From IMG/VR virus record IMGVR_UViG_3300045988_050593, positions 1 to 42,658 of that record: a stretch of DNA of 42,658 nucleotides; one strand, written 5' to 3'. A program made the position numbers and the translations under genes. Shown one piece after another: positions 32,183-40,214 of the stretch. Position 1 is the first letter of the stretch, and the number at the start of each line of letters is the position of its first letter. This DNA is from a virus. Under the pieces are notes generated by a model. That model saw only the letters and a program-made list of their open reading frames with translations, had not been told where the DNA came from and searched no databases.

Positions 32183-32773
32183 TTATTCCTCCAATTCCGG
32201 CAGCTCTCCGTGCCGTGCTATGTAGTCTCCGTAGGTCGCCACGTACTTTCCGTACGTCATGTGATGTGCCCGAGCCGCTGCGTTGATTTCATCCAGCGTC
32301 GGCCGCTTTTTGGGTTTTTCCGGTGCGGGAGCTTCCTGCTTGCATGTCTGCTCGCGCTTGAGGTTCGCCATCCGCGCGATGACCTCTCCCCGCTTCATGC
32401 CGGCCGTGCAGGCCGGGCAGGACGCCCGCTTCCCGATCCGGAACTGGTACGCGCCCTGCTCCTTCTCGCTCCCGCACGTTGTGCAGACACATCGCCACTT
32501 CGCGCTCGTCCCATACGTCCCGATTCTCTCAATGGCCATGTAGTCCCCGACGACCTGACCGGCGATGTTGACCGACCGCTCGACCGGCCGCTTGCCGCAC
32601 TTCCCACAGCTTTGCCACGACCCATTTTTGACGGCGTAGCCTACCGCATCCACATAGTTCCCGCAGTCGCAGCGGCAGCGCCAGATGTAGTGCCCACGGT
32701 CGTTCTTGCCCAGCCGCTCCAAGACGGTCAGCTTGCCGAATTTCTGCCCTGCTAGGTCAAGTGCTCTCGGCAT
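32183..32773 (-). CDS. Hypothetical protein with duplicated zinc-ribbon-like units (196 aa)
   Basis: LAGQKFGKLTVLERLGKNDRGHYIWRCRCDCG and IAGQVVGDYMAIERIGTYGTSAKWRCVCTTCG form an internal duplication. Confidence 0.7.
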   Translation of the reverse strand: MPRALDLAGQKFGKLTVLERLGKNDRGHYIWRCRCDCGNYVDAVGYAVKNGSWQSCGKCGKRPVERSVNIAGQVVGDYMAIERIGTYGTSAKWRCVCTTCGSEKEQGAYQFRIGKRASCPACTAGMKRGEVIARMANLKREQTCKQEAPAPEKPKKRPTLDEINAAARAHHMTYGKYVATYGDYIARHGELPELEE

Positions 32774-33199
32774 CTACGCCACCTCGATCCTCACCCGGAC
32801 GCACTCGTCCGTGTGGAATTTGCTCACACGCTCGACATAAAATCGCCGGTCGTCGTTTTCCAGAAGCCAGCCTTTCAGGGCGTCCACGATCAGCTTCTCG
32901 ATGACCGCGTGGTTGTCGATGTCCATCCTGTCACAGTGCCAGAACGTGATCCTGACTGGTTTTGCAAACGGCAGGCGGCTGACGTGGTCTCTCAGCAAAA
33001 CCGCCGTCACCGTGTCGTGCATCCGGTCGGCGTTGTCTTTTCGCTTCGACCAGTGCATCCCGGCGTAGTACGCGTTGAGGCCAAAGTTCTTGCAAAACTG
33101 GCTCTTGTTTCGGGGATAAGGGATCCGGATTTCCACCGGCTGCGTTCTCCCCGCGGCAGGCTTTTTGCCGCCTGCCCGTATTTTCTTGCTTTCACTCAT
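32774..33199 (-). CDS. rusA: RusA-family Holliday junction resolvase
   Basis: DIDNHAVIEKLIVDALKGWLLENDDRRF matches the D.DN..K...DAL....DD motif. Confidence 0.8.
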   Translation of the reverse strand: MSESKKIRAGGKKPAAGRTQPVEIRIPYPRNKSQFCKNFGLNAYYAGMHWSKRKDNADRMHDTVTAVLLRDHVSRLPFAKPVRITFWHCDRMDIDNHAVIEKLIVDALKGWLLENDDRRFYVERVSKFHTDECVRVRIEVA

Positions 33200-33842
33200 T
33201 GTCCACCATCCTGTTTAAGCGGGCGATTGCCTCCCGCTCGTAGTCTCCCGGCGTACCAATGGCCGGATTCGCCTTTGCTCTCGCCGGAGCTGCGCCTTTC
33301 GGTGTTTCGTGTTTTTCCCAAGTCAGGAATTTCTGCTTCCAGTTGCGGACGGGGTTGCCCTTTGCGTCCTTCCAACCGCCCGTGTTGTAATACTCCCAAA
33401 ACTGCTTTGGGTCGACAGTGCTGCCCCTCTGCTCGGCGTACTCCATGACGCTCTCAAGAGAGGGTGGGGTCGCGCGCTCCGTGCGCGTCTTAACCCCGTC
33501 TTCTGTCTTCTGTCTTTTGTCTTCTGTCTTTTGTCTTATGTCTTTAGTAGCCTTTGGTTCGCTTTCATTCGCTTTATTTTGCTTTTGGTCGCTTTCGTTT
33601 GCTTTATTCCCGCGGCCTCCACGCGAACCGTTTTCTGAGTTTGTCCTTCGCTTTTCGGCATCGCGGTCGAGGACTGCCTTAAAAACCGGGAAAAGCACTG
33701 CCTCACGGCCGGGCAAATCCTGGATTTCGCCGTTTTTTGCGTATGTCAGGATCGCGATAAAGAGCCGCCCTTTTTCTGCGTCGTCAAGCGCGGCGGTTTG
33801 GTCGACCCAGTCGTAATACGCTTTTACGTAGCACTCGCCCAT
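33192..33842 (-). CDS. Replication-associated protein candidate (DUF6291-like N-terminus, low-complexity linker, 216 aa)
   Basis: The N-terminus reads YVKAYYDWVDQTAALDDAEKGRLFIAILTYAKNGE. The middle segment is Lys/Glu/Gln-rich and repeat-encoded. No obvious SD. Confidence 0.6.
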   Translation of the reverse strand: MGECYVKAYYDWVDQTAALDDAEKGRLFIAILTYAKNGEIQDLPGREAVLFPVFKAVLDRDAEKRRTNSENGSRGGRGNKANESDQKQNKANESEPKATKDIRQKTEDKRQKTEDGVKTRTERATPPSLESVMEYAEQRGSTVDPKQFWEYYNTGGWKDAKGNPVRNWKQKFLTWEKHETPKGAAPARAKANPAIGTPGDYEREAIARLNRMVDNE

Positions 33843-33845
33843 GGG

Positions 33846-34244
33846 TTAAAGGTCGAACGGCAGCTTCTCGTCGTCGTCCTCCAGAAGCTCATAGCCGCCT
33901 GCCGACGCCGCAGGCTTGCCCTCTCCCTTGCTGCCGCAGAAATAGACGTGCTCCGCGACCACCTCGGTCGCATACCGGTTATTCCCGTCCTTGTCCTGCC
34001 ACTTTCTCACCTGCAAGCGGCCTGTGACCATGGCTTGCTGGCCTTTGCCAAAGTGGTTTGCAACAAACTCCCCTGTCTGCCGCCACGCGACGACGGGGAT
34101 GAAATCGGTCTCCCGCTGGCCGCTGCTGTTCTTAAAATCGCGCTCGCATGCAAGGGTAAACGACGCGACCGCCGTGCCGTTTCCGGTTCTGCGAAGGTCG
34201 GGCTGATCCGTCAGCCGGCCGGAAATTGTGATAACATTAAGCAT
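33846..34244 (-). CDS. ssb: Single-stranded DNA-binding protein
   Basis: MLNVITISGRLTDQPDLRRTGNGTAVASFTLA ... acidic tail DDDEKLPFDL. Confidence 0.9.
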   Translation of the reverse strand: MLNVITISGRLTDQPDLRRTGNGTAVASFTLACERDFKNSSGQRETDFIPVVAWRQTGEFVANHFGKGQQAMVTGRLQVRKWQDKDGNNRYATEVVAEHVYFCGSKGEGKPAASAGGYELLEDDDEKLPFDL

Positions 34245-34246
34245 GG

Positions 34247-34618
34247 TTACTTTCTTCCTTTCCAGACGCATTTTCTTCGCGTCCAGCCTTTGTATTTTGA
34301 TCTCAGGTATTTCTCCGCAAACTCAAGCATTTCCTCCCGCTCGTCCGTCTGGTCTAGCTTACGATGGCATTCCGGGCAGGCCGTCAGGACGTTCTGCTCG
34401 ATGCCAAGCCCGCCCTGCGAGCGGGGAACAAAGTGTGCGTTGCTCCACGCGATCTCAAACGGAGCCGGGGTGCCGCAGAAGAGGCAGCACGGCCAGCCTC
34501 CAAAGCTGTCTCTCCTTGCGACCGCCCGCTTGACCTCGGTCGGAATTTCAAGCGCTTTCGCCCTGTCAGTTTTCCGCAAGCAAACTCGCCACCCTTCCGT
34601 CGTCCACGTCGATGTCAA
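34247..34618 (-). CDS. HNH endonuclease (start uncertain)
   Basis: CLFCG ... HFVPRSQGG ... NVLTACPECH. The ATG at 34618 overlaps the upstream gene by 53 nt, and an alternative TTG lies at 34579. Confidence 0.75.
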   Translation of the reverse strand: MTSTWTTEGWRVCLRKTDRAKALEIPTEVKRAVARRDSFGGWPCCLFCGTPAPFEIAWSNAHFVPRSQGGLGIEQNVLTACPECHRKLDQTDEREEMLEFAEKYLRSKYKGWTRRKCVWKGRK

Positions 34619-35087
34619 GCGTCCTGCACTCGTCCATGAGTGCGTTGATGACGCGCGTCATCTGCGCGGTGTCGTAGGTGCTTGACCCCTGGTACAGCCG
34701 CAGCACCAGATCGTCACCGTCCGCGCTCTCGCACTCGGTGATCCAGCCGATGCCCTTTGCCTGCCACTCGTTCGAGACAAGCGCGGCGTCCGCCCTGCTC
34801 ACGCGCACCGTAACATAGTCCCCGTAATCTCGGATGATCTCTCGATAGACCTCGTTGCGCTTTGCGTCGATGGCCTCGGCGATCCGCTGGCACAGCTCCC
34901 ACATCAATCGGTTCTGATCGTTTGAGCGCGGCTTTTTCTCCTTCTCGATGCTCAGCATATACCGCGTTTCCGGCTTCAGCTTCGCCGCCATTTTCCGCGC
35001 CGCGAAAACGTCCACGACCGGGAATCTCAGGCACGTCCGGCCGTCCTCGTCCTTTGCGATGGACGGCCGGAACACGGAGGCGTTCAC
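34566..35087 (-). CDS. NinB/Orf-like recombination-associated protein (173 aa)
   Basis: The RSNDQNRLMWELCQRIA motif (RSxxQNxxxW) and the position directly after Erf. The family call is tentative. Confidence 0.55.
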   Translation of the reverse strand: MNASVFRPSIAKDEDGRTCLRFPVVDVFAARKMAAKLKPETRYMLSIEKEKKPRSNDQNRLMWELCQRIAEAIDAKRNEVYREIIRDYGDYVTVRVSRADAALVSNEWQAKGIGWITECESADGDDLVLRLYQGSSTYDTAQMTRVINALMDECRTLDIDVDDGRVASLLAEN

Positions 35088-35737
35088 GACTCAGGCGCGG
35101 CGTCGGCTTCGAGAGCTGCCGCCTTCTTGCGCTTGGCTGCGCACGCCCAGCACAGGCGGACGCCGTAGGTTTTCTCGGTCGATTCCGCGATCTGCTCGGC
35201 CTTCCAGTTGCCGACGTCCGCGATCGCATGACCGCAGTCGGTGCATTTGCCGACGGCCTTGCGTCTGGCAGCCTCGCTCCGGAAACCTCGCTCCTCGCTG
35301 CCCTGCTGGTCGGGATCGTCGCCGGTGATGATCTTGTACGCCTTCAAAAGCGCGTATTTGTCCGAGTACGTCATGGCCTTGCCGGGGGCTTTGTCGCCGT
35401 TGTCGATGCCGTCTCCGTAGGTCGTGACGTCGACAAACTCGTCCGGCTTCTCGGTGTTGACGAATCTGTAGACTGTTTCCAACCGCATAAAGAACTGCGA
35501 TTTCTCGTTCGTGTTGCCGTTGTAAACCGACGTCGTCGTGATGACGTCCTTGTCGATGATCTCGCGCTTCACGGGATAGCTGTAGATCCCGTACTTCTGT
35601 TCAAGCGGCTTCACCGCCGCGAGCACGTCCGCCTCGCCGACGGCCTTGTAAGACCCTTTGCCGACGTTGACGTTCAGGTTCTTCGCCACGGCGGACAGCT
35701 CAGCCGTCACGCCAGCGAGTTTTTCATAGATGTTCAT
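35084..35737 (-). CDS. ERF-family single-strand annealing protein with a C-terminal zinc ribbon
   Basis: YKAVGEADVLAAVKPLEQKYGI ... GKAMTYSDKYALLKAYKIITGDDPD, followed by CTDCG...CWAC. Confidence 0.8.
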   Translation of the reverse strand: MNIYEKLAGVTAELSAVAKNLNVNVGKGSYKAVGEADVLAAVKPLEQKYGIYSYPVKREIIDKDVITTTSVYNGNTNEKSQFFMRLETVYRFVNTEKPDEFVDVTTYGDGIDNGDKAPGKAMTYSDKYALLKAYKIITGDDPDQQGSEERGFRSEAARRKAVGKCTDCGHAIADVGNWKAEQIAESTEKTYGVRLCWACAAKRKKAAALEADAAPES

Positions 35738-36027
35738 TCGTTATCCTCCTTGATCGCCCAGACCGCCGTGTTGACGCCGGTCGTCTCGCTCACACGCTTG
35801 CCCACCGGCTCGATCGTCCCGAGCTTGCGCAGCTCCGTGAGTCTGGGCTTTACATAGTTTTTGTCTCTCACGGGGATCAGCCCCGCGCAGTACATCGAGT
35901 CCGTCAGCTCCTCGGCCGTCAGGCCGTCCGGGAAGTATCTCAGGTACTCGAGTATCACCTGCCGCCGCGTCTGCGTCTCCGGGGCGACCTTTTCCAGCCC
36001 CTCGCGCCGTGTCTCGGCGGTGATCAT
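35734..36027 (-). CDS. Winged-helix DNA-binding protein candidate (97 aa)
   Basis: RRQVILEYLRYFPDGLTAEELTD...VKPRLTELRKLG. Confidence 0.6.
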   Translation of the reverse strand: MITAETRREGLEKVAPETQTRRQVILEYLRYFPDGLTAEELTDSMYCAGLIPVRDKNYVKPRLTELRKLGTIEPVGKRVSETTGVNTAVWAIKEDNE

Positions 36028-36248
36028 CTCGCCACCTCGCGGGAGATGCCTATGATCTCAAGCAGCATATCGGCCGCGTCGTTGGTGACGAGATAGTGCT
36101 CGTTTATGTACCACTGGATGCACGACAGCTCGTCGTGCATGAGTCCTTCGTCGACTTTAAGTGCGATCTCGCCGGGGTAAATCTCCTCGCCGCACATTGC
36201 GCAGTACGCGACCGGCGCGACGTCCTGTTTATCCTCAAGCACTTGCAT
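36024..36248 (-). CDS. Hypothetical protein (about 74 aa, start uncertain)
   Basis: The ORF contains a CAMCGEE motif. Candidate starts are TTG 36257, ATG 36248 and GTG 36242, around a GGAGGG SD. Confidence 0.55.
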   Translation of the reverse strand: MQVLEDKQDVAPVAYCAMCGEEIYPGEIALKVDEGLMHDELSCIQWYINEHYLVTNDAADMLLEIIGISREVAR

Positions 36249-36279
36249 ACCCTCCAATTCTCTGGTAAAATAGAGGTGG

Positions 36280-36465
36280 TCAAAGCCTAGACAGCAAGAC
36301 CACGCACGTCGGCACGAGCACCAAAAGTGCCAGCCATTGCAGCCAAACCAGACGTTCCACCATCTGCAGCTGCTTTCGTGCGACCCGGAGCGACGCTCTC
36401 AACTCGCGCTCCGCCTCTTCGTTCCCCTGCGTCACAACGGCGCAGGGGATTCTTTTTTTCTCCAT
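36280..36465 (-). CDS. Small membrane protein (61 aa)
   Basis: SD is CAGGAGGGAG. The C-terminal TM helix reads LVWLQWLALLVLVPTCVVLL. Confidence 0.65.
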   Translation of the reverse strand: MEKKRIPCAVVTQGNEEAERELRASLRVARKQLQMVERLVWLQWLALLVLVPTCVVLLSRL

Positions 36466-36528
36466 TTCTGCTCCCTCCTGTTAAAACTATGAAATATCAG
36501 TAATTCTATTATTTTTCTTGTATAATCC

Positions 36529-36556
36529 TTGATTCCCACCAAAAACGTACTATACT
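36529..36556 (+). promoter_or_regulatory. Candidate plus-strand promoter in an AT-rich intergenic region
   Basis: TTGATT, a 16-nt spacer, then TATACT. A second TATAAT lies at 36521-36526. Confidence 0.4.
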
Positions 36557-36589
36557 GGAAGCAGCAAACAACGAAAGGCGATGACGTGG

Positions 36590-36790
36590 TCAGCTTTGTT
36601 TTACGACATCAAAGGGTGCAATCCCACAAAGGGAGCAGATCGTCATAAACGCGTCTGCGGTCAGCCGCTGTCTGCCGCTCAGCATATAACTAAGGCAGCA
36701 CGCGCTTATCCCAGCACGTTCCGCGATCCAGCACTGCTTGATACCGGCCGCATTGATCCCTGCTTTAAGGCAGTCGAGGTCGACTTTCAC
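36590..36790 (-). CDS. XRE-type HTH protein (66 aa)
   Basis: The GTG start follows GGGGG. GIKQCWIAERAGISACCLSYMLSGRQRLT is an HTH pattern. Confidence 0.7.
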   Translation of the reverse strand: MKVDLDCLKAGINAAGIKQCWIAERAGISACCLSYMLSGRQRLTADAFMTICSLCGIAPFDVVKQS

Positions 36791-36849
36791 GTTCGATTCC
36801 CCCTTTCAAAAATTACTGGTCAGCATCCTATCTGGAAGGAGGTGCCGAA

Positions 36850-37011
36850 ATGAGCCCGCTTGAGAAAATGGCTTTTGAGTCTGCCAAGGAAATCGTTGTC
36901 GCCAGAATGGCGAACACGAGCGTTACGCCAAACAAGGACGGCGGCAAATGGGTCGCAGACTTTTTCGAAGAAGTCTACAACAGACTCGCCGAGATCGTGA
37001 ACCGCGCTTAA
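36850..37011 (+). CDS. Small plus-strand ORF (53 aa)
   Basis: Own translation: MSPLEKMAFESAKEIVVARMANTSVTPNKDGGKWVADFFEEVYNRLAEIVNRA. A very strong SD, GGAAGGAGGTG, sits 5 nt upstream. Confidence 0.5.
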   Translation: MSPLEKMAFESAKEIVVARMANTSVTPNKDGGKWVADFFEEVYNRLAEIVNRA

Positions 37012-37139
37012 CCGCGCCGGTTCTCAATAATCGCCATCGCAACCGCCGCCAGAGCTTCCGCCTCTGCGGCGGTTGTCGCTTCCTTCGCCCACTTCTCGGC
37101 GAACTCCATGAGGATTGCTTCGAGCTTTTCGCTGTACAT
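37008..37139 (-). CDS. Small minus-strand ORF (43 aa)
   Basis: Own translation: MYSEKLEAILMEFAEKWAKEATTAAEAEALAAVAMAIIENRRG. SD is GGAGGG. It is convergent with the plus-strand ORF and shares a TTAA stop overlap with it. Confidence 0.45.
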   Translation of the reverse strand: MYSEKLEAILMEFAEKWAKEATTAAEAEALAAVAMAIIENRRG

Positions 37140-37140
37140 G

Positions 37141-37344
37141 TCATTTCCCTCCATTCACGATTGCTCGGGCAACGTCGCCCGAAAAATACTTGGCCGGGCT
37201 TCCCAGCCGTTCCACGCCGTTTGCTTTTGCCCATCTGCTGGCCGTCTCCCGGCGGCATCCGAGCACCCGTGCCAGCGCGACACCGTCCAGCAAGATTCCT
37301 TCCTGCGCGATGATGGCTTTCTCGATCTCCTTGGCGCGTGCCAT
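37141..37344 (-). CDS. Small HTH DNA-binding protein (67 aa)
   Basis: Start MARAKEIEKAI after GAGGGGTGGGG. LDGVALARVLGCRRETASRWAKANG is HTH-like. Confidence 0.65.
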   Translation of the reverse strand: MARAKEIEKAIIAQEGILLDGVALARVLGCRRETASRWAKANGVERLGSPAKYFSGDVARAIVNGGK

Positions 37345-37355
37345 TGCCCCACCCC

Positions 37356-37547
37356 TCACTTTCTCATGTCCGCCTCCGTGACGCCGAAATACGCAGCCAG
37401 CGCGGTAACGTGTCGCGGGTGCGGTGTTACGCCCTTCTGCTTCCAGTTCTTGATGGACGTCTGCGTTACGCCGATCTCTTTTGCGATTCGGTAGTTCGTC
37501 ACCCCGCGGCTTTTCTGGTATTTTGCGAGGTTTTCGGCAACACTCAT
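37356..37547 (-). CDS. Cro-like XRE-family repressor (63 aa)
   Basis: NYRIAKEIGVTQTSIKNWKQKGVTP. It is divergent from the CI-like gene. Confidence 0.8.
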   Translation of the reverse strand: MSVAENLAKYQKSRGVTNYRIAKEIGVTQTSIKNWKQKGVTPHPRHVTALAAYFGVTEADMRK

Positions 37548-37781
37548 TTGCTCAACCCCCTTTATAATGGATTTTTCCAGCGTGGGATATTGACAACAGT
37601 TTGCCCGTGTGGTAGTCTAAAATTGCTACAAGATAGAGTATCTACAACGCCACATCGCGGGGTTCGCCGCTAAGTGGTGGGCTTTGCTATTGCCGTTTAC
37701 GCGTACTATAATACTCTATTTTAGGGCATTGGTCAATGGATAATAGGGTATAATCATGTACGAAAATAGAGGTGCGTTTTT
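37548..37781. promoter_or_regulatory. Lysis-lysogeny switch region with overlapping divergent promoters and three ATA(G/C)nnTAT sites
   Basis: Plus strand: TTGACA-17-TAGTCT (37590-37618), TTGCTA-17-TATAAT (37684-37712) and TATAAT at 37749-37754. Minus strand: TTGACC-17-TATTAT (37736 down to 37708). Sites: ATAGAGTAT 37633-41, ATACTCTAT 37711-19 and ATAGGGTAT 37743-51. Confidence 0.6.
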
Positions 37782-38141
37782 ATGGGATTCGCCAAAAATT
37801 TAGCGTACTGCATGGAACGTCGGGGGTACTCAGCGTACCGCCTCGCGCAAATACTTGATGTAAATAATCAGAGCGTTTTAAATTGGGCATCCGGTGAAAG
37901 CATGCCGCATACCAAGAACCGTAAAAAAATCGCAGAGCACTTCGGTATCACGCTCGAAGCGCTCGACGGCGACGCTCTCCCGGAGCTGCCGCCAACGGGT
38001 GCAAAAAAAGAACCGCCCGCCGAGGTCGGCGAGCAGTTCAGCCCATTGGATTCAAGATGGTTCTCCCTCACGGACGAGGAGAAATTGCAGGCATGGGAGT
38101 ATATCGTGCAGCTGAGGGCAAAAAAGCAGGAAGAAGGTTAA
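37782..38141 (+). CDS. CI-like XRE-family repressor (119 aa, no S24 peptidase domain)
   Basis: AYRLAQILDVNNQSVLNWASGESMP is the HTH. SD is AGAGGTG. Confidence 0.8.
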   Translation: MGFAKNLAYCMERRGYSAYRLAQILDVNNQSVLNWASGESMPHTKNRKKIAEHFGITLEALDGDALPELPPTGAKKEPPAEVGEQFSPLDSRWFSLTDEEKLQAWEYIVQLRAKKQEEG

Positions 38142-38144
38142 TCT

Positions 38145-38369
38145 ATGGAAATCCCGAGCTTTTCTGAGTTTTCAAATCAATTCGACTTTGACAAATTTTC
38201 TTATGACCTTTCTCAGTCCGGGCGAATTTCGGCGCTTGACGGGAGCGATATATTTACGCACGAGCAGTTTGAAACAATCGTCTCCATTTTCGCCACGATT
38301 TCGATTTCTATTTTCACTCAGTATCACAACTGGCTTCGCGAAGAGCTTCGCGAAAAACATCAACCATAA
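38145..38369 (+). CDS. Hypothetical protein co-transcribed with the repressor (74 aa)
   Basis: It starts 4 nt after the CI stop and is AT-richer than its surroundings. Confidence 0.6.
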   Translation: MEIPSFSEFSNQFDFDKFSYDLSQSGRISALDGSDIFTHEQFETIVSIFATISISIFTQYHNWLREELREKHQP

Positions 38370-38772
38370 CATTCAAAGGATCGTATTCGCGCCCGCAATT
38401 ACAGCCGTTTCCGCGCTCGCTGCCATTGCAGCGGCAGTCCTTTCCCTCGTGGCTATCTATCACTGACGGATGCGGGTTGACGGACAGGTCAATTCGGACG
38501 GGAACGCACTTGCCGCAGAAGCAGCGGAAAACGCCCGATTTGTCCCGGCCGCAATGGCTCCCTACTACGTGGTATGCCCACAGGTATTCCGGCGTGTCCT
38601 CTTTGTGGGATTCAAGCGCATCCGCAACTGCGCCCCGTACCATTTTCGCGGGGTCACGAAGATGCTCGCGGCGCTCCTTCCGCATCCAGAGCAGCGTGGA
38701 GACGACAGAAAGCGTCGTCCCGACGGCGGCTAAAATCACAGCGGCCAATGCAAGCGGCGTCGTCTGAGTCAT
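38314..38772 (-). CDS. N-terminally membrane-anchored Cys-rich protein (152 aa)
   Basis: Strong SD AAAGGAGAT. The TM helix reads LALAAVILAAVGTTLSVVSTLLW. It then has about 10 Cys (CFCGKC, CRCNGSERGNGCNC). Confidence 0.65.
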   Translation of the reverse strand: MTQTTPLALAAVILAAVGTTLSVVSTLLWMRKERREHLRDPAKMVRGAVADALESHKEDTPEYLWAYHVVGSHCGRDKSGVFRCFCGKCVPVRIDLSVNPHPSVIDSHEGKDCRCNGSERGNGCNCGREYDPLNVMVDVFREALREASCDTE

Positions 38773-38784
38773 GATGATCTCCTT

Positions 38785-38925
38785 TCACTCGTCACAAACT
38801 TTTGTTCCATTATAGCACACATCCCGCCGCGCAATCAACGTGTCTATGTAGCGCGAAAGCGCGGCCAGCTCATCCGGGGTCAGCTCCTTTGATAAAGCAA
38901 TCATCTTTAGATCAAGTTCGTTCAC
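38785..38925 (-). CDS. Possible small ORF (46 aa)
   Basis: Own translation from GTG: VNELDLKMIALSKELTPDELAALSRYIDTLIARRDVCYNGTKVCDE. The stop lies just before the SD of the next gene. Confidence 0.35.
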   Translation of the reverse strand: MNELDLKMIALSKELTPDELAALSRYIDTLIARRDVCYNGTKVCDE

Positions 38926-39085
38926 GTTCTCTGGTCGCTCCTTTCGTTAGCGCTTTTATTTATCTACGGTTTACCACTTTCTGACTGTTTTGTCAATAGC
39001 TTAAACAACATTTCTTATTTTATCAGTCATTATGTCCAATAGAACGGACATATCAAAACAAATGTTTGCTTTTGGAGGCGTTACT

Positions 39086-40204
39086 ATGGCGGAGAAAAAG
39101 TACCAGTATGTGCGAAAGACGTTTTCCTTTGACGGCAGGCGCTACGAGGTCTATGGAAAAACCGAGGAAGAGGCCATCGAGAAGAAGATCGAGATGCGGA
39201 AAAAGCTCGAGGAAGGCGCTGCCGCCGAGAGCAAAAACGCCACGGTTGACCAATGGTACACCCGCTGGAAATCGTTGTACAAGGACGAGCAGGGAATCAC
39301 CGAGAAGAGCCTGAAAATGTACGACGAGAAGTACAATAACTATATCAAGCCCGCCATCGGCAGAAAGAAAATCGCAAGCGTCACCGAGATGCATTTACAA
39401 GCCATCATGAACGAGACGGCCGGCATGTCAAAGTCCACCGCGCTAAAAGTGCGGATGGTGTTAAAGCAAATGTTCCACAAAGCGTACAGGACGCACTTGA
39501 TCCCGTTCGATCCGTCGGAGGACTTGACGGTCGCAAAGTCCGCGACAGTGGGGAAGCGGAGGTCGCTGACAAATCGGGAGCGTGCGCTTTTCTTGATGGT
39601 CGCGCCCAAAATCCCATGCGGCGAAATCCTACTAGCGATGTACTATACAGGGATGCGGCCGGGCGAGCTGCGCGCTCTGACGTGGGACGACGTTGACCTT
39701 GATGAAGGAGAAATCTCCGTCAACAAAGCAATCGAGAGCGGGACGAAAGGCACCGTAAAGGCGACCAAAACCGCCGCGGGCGTTCGCTTCGTCCCGATCC
39801 GGCCGAAGCTCGACGCGATCCTGCGCAAGATGGAACGGTCGCCGGACGACAACCTTGTTTTCCACAATGCGCACGGCGGGCAGCACACAACTGCGTCGTT
39901 CAATCGCCTCTGGAAGCGGACGCTCCGGTGGATGGATATTGCCAACGGAGCAAAGGTTTACCGCAATCAGATCGTCGAGTCAACGCTTGCAGACGACCTG
40001 GTCCCGTACTGCCTCCGGCACACGTTCTGCACAGACCTCGAAGCCGCCGACGTGCCGATAAACGTCGCAAAGTCGCTGATGGGGCATTCCAGCATACAGG
40101 TCACGGCAAACACCTACACGCATTCTTCAAAAGAGACGCTCCGAAAAAACATCGGCCTGCTGGAAGCTGGTTCTGACGATCCAGAAGGCGAGTGTGGGAA
40201 ATGA
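39086..40204 (+). CDS. int: Tyrosine recombinase / phage integrase (372 aa)
   Basis: Start MAEKKYQYVRK after the SD TGGAGG. Motifs: YYTGMRPGELRAL, LRHTFCTDL, MGHSSIQVTANTYTH. Confidence 0.9.
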   Translation: MAEKKYQYVRKTFSFDGRRYEVYGKTEEEAIEKKIEMRKKLEEGAAAESKNATVDQWYTRWKSLYKDEQGITEKSLKMYDEKYNNYIKPAIGRKKIASVTEMHLQAIMNETAGMSKSTALKVRMVLKQMFHKAYRTHLIPFDPSEDLTVAKSATVGKRRSLTNRERALFLMVAPKIPCGEILLAMYYTGMRPGELRALTWDDVDLDEGEISVNKAIESGTKGTVKATKTAAGVRFVPIRPKLDAILRKMERSPDDNLVFHNAHGGQHTTASFNRLWKRTLRWMDIANGAKVYRNQIVESTLADDLVPYCLRHTFCTDLEAADVPINVAKSLMGHSSIQVTANTYTHSSKETLRKNIGLLEAGSDDPEGECGK

Positions 40205-40214
40205 CGTGGGAAAT
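40193..40214 (+). repeat. Two direct GTGGGAAAT repeats (candidate integrase arm sites, P side)
   Basis: tgtgggaaat gac gtgggaaattt, overlapping the integrase stop codon. Confidence 0.5.

Noticed and set aside
34862-35857. 331-aa plus-strand ORF antisense to the Erf and NinB-like genes
   Set aside because: It is an Arg/Pro/Ser-rich antisense frame, and the minus-strand genes have clear family motifs and SD sites.
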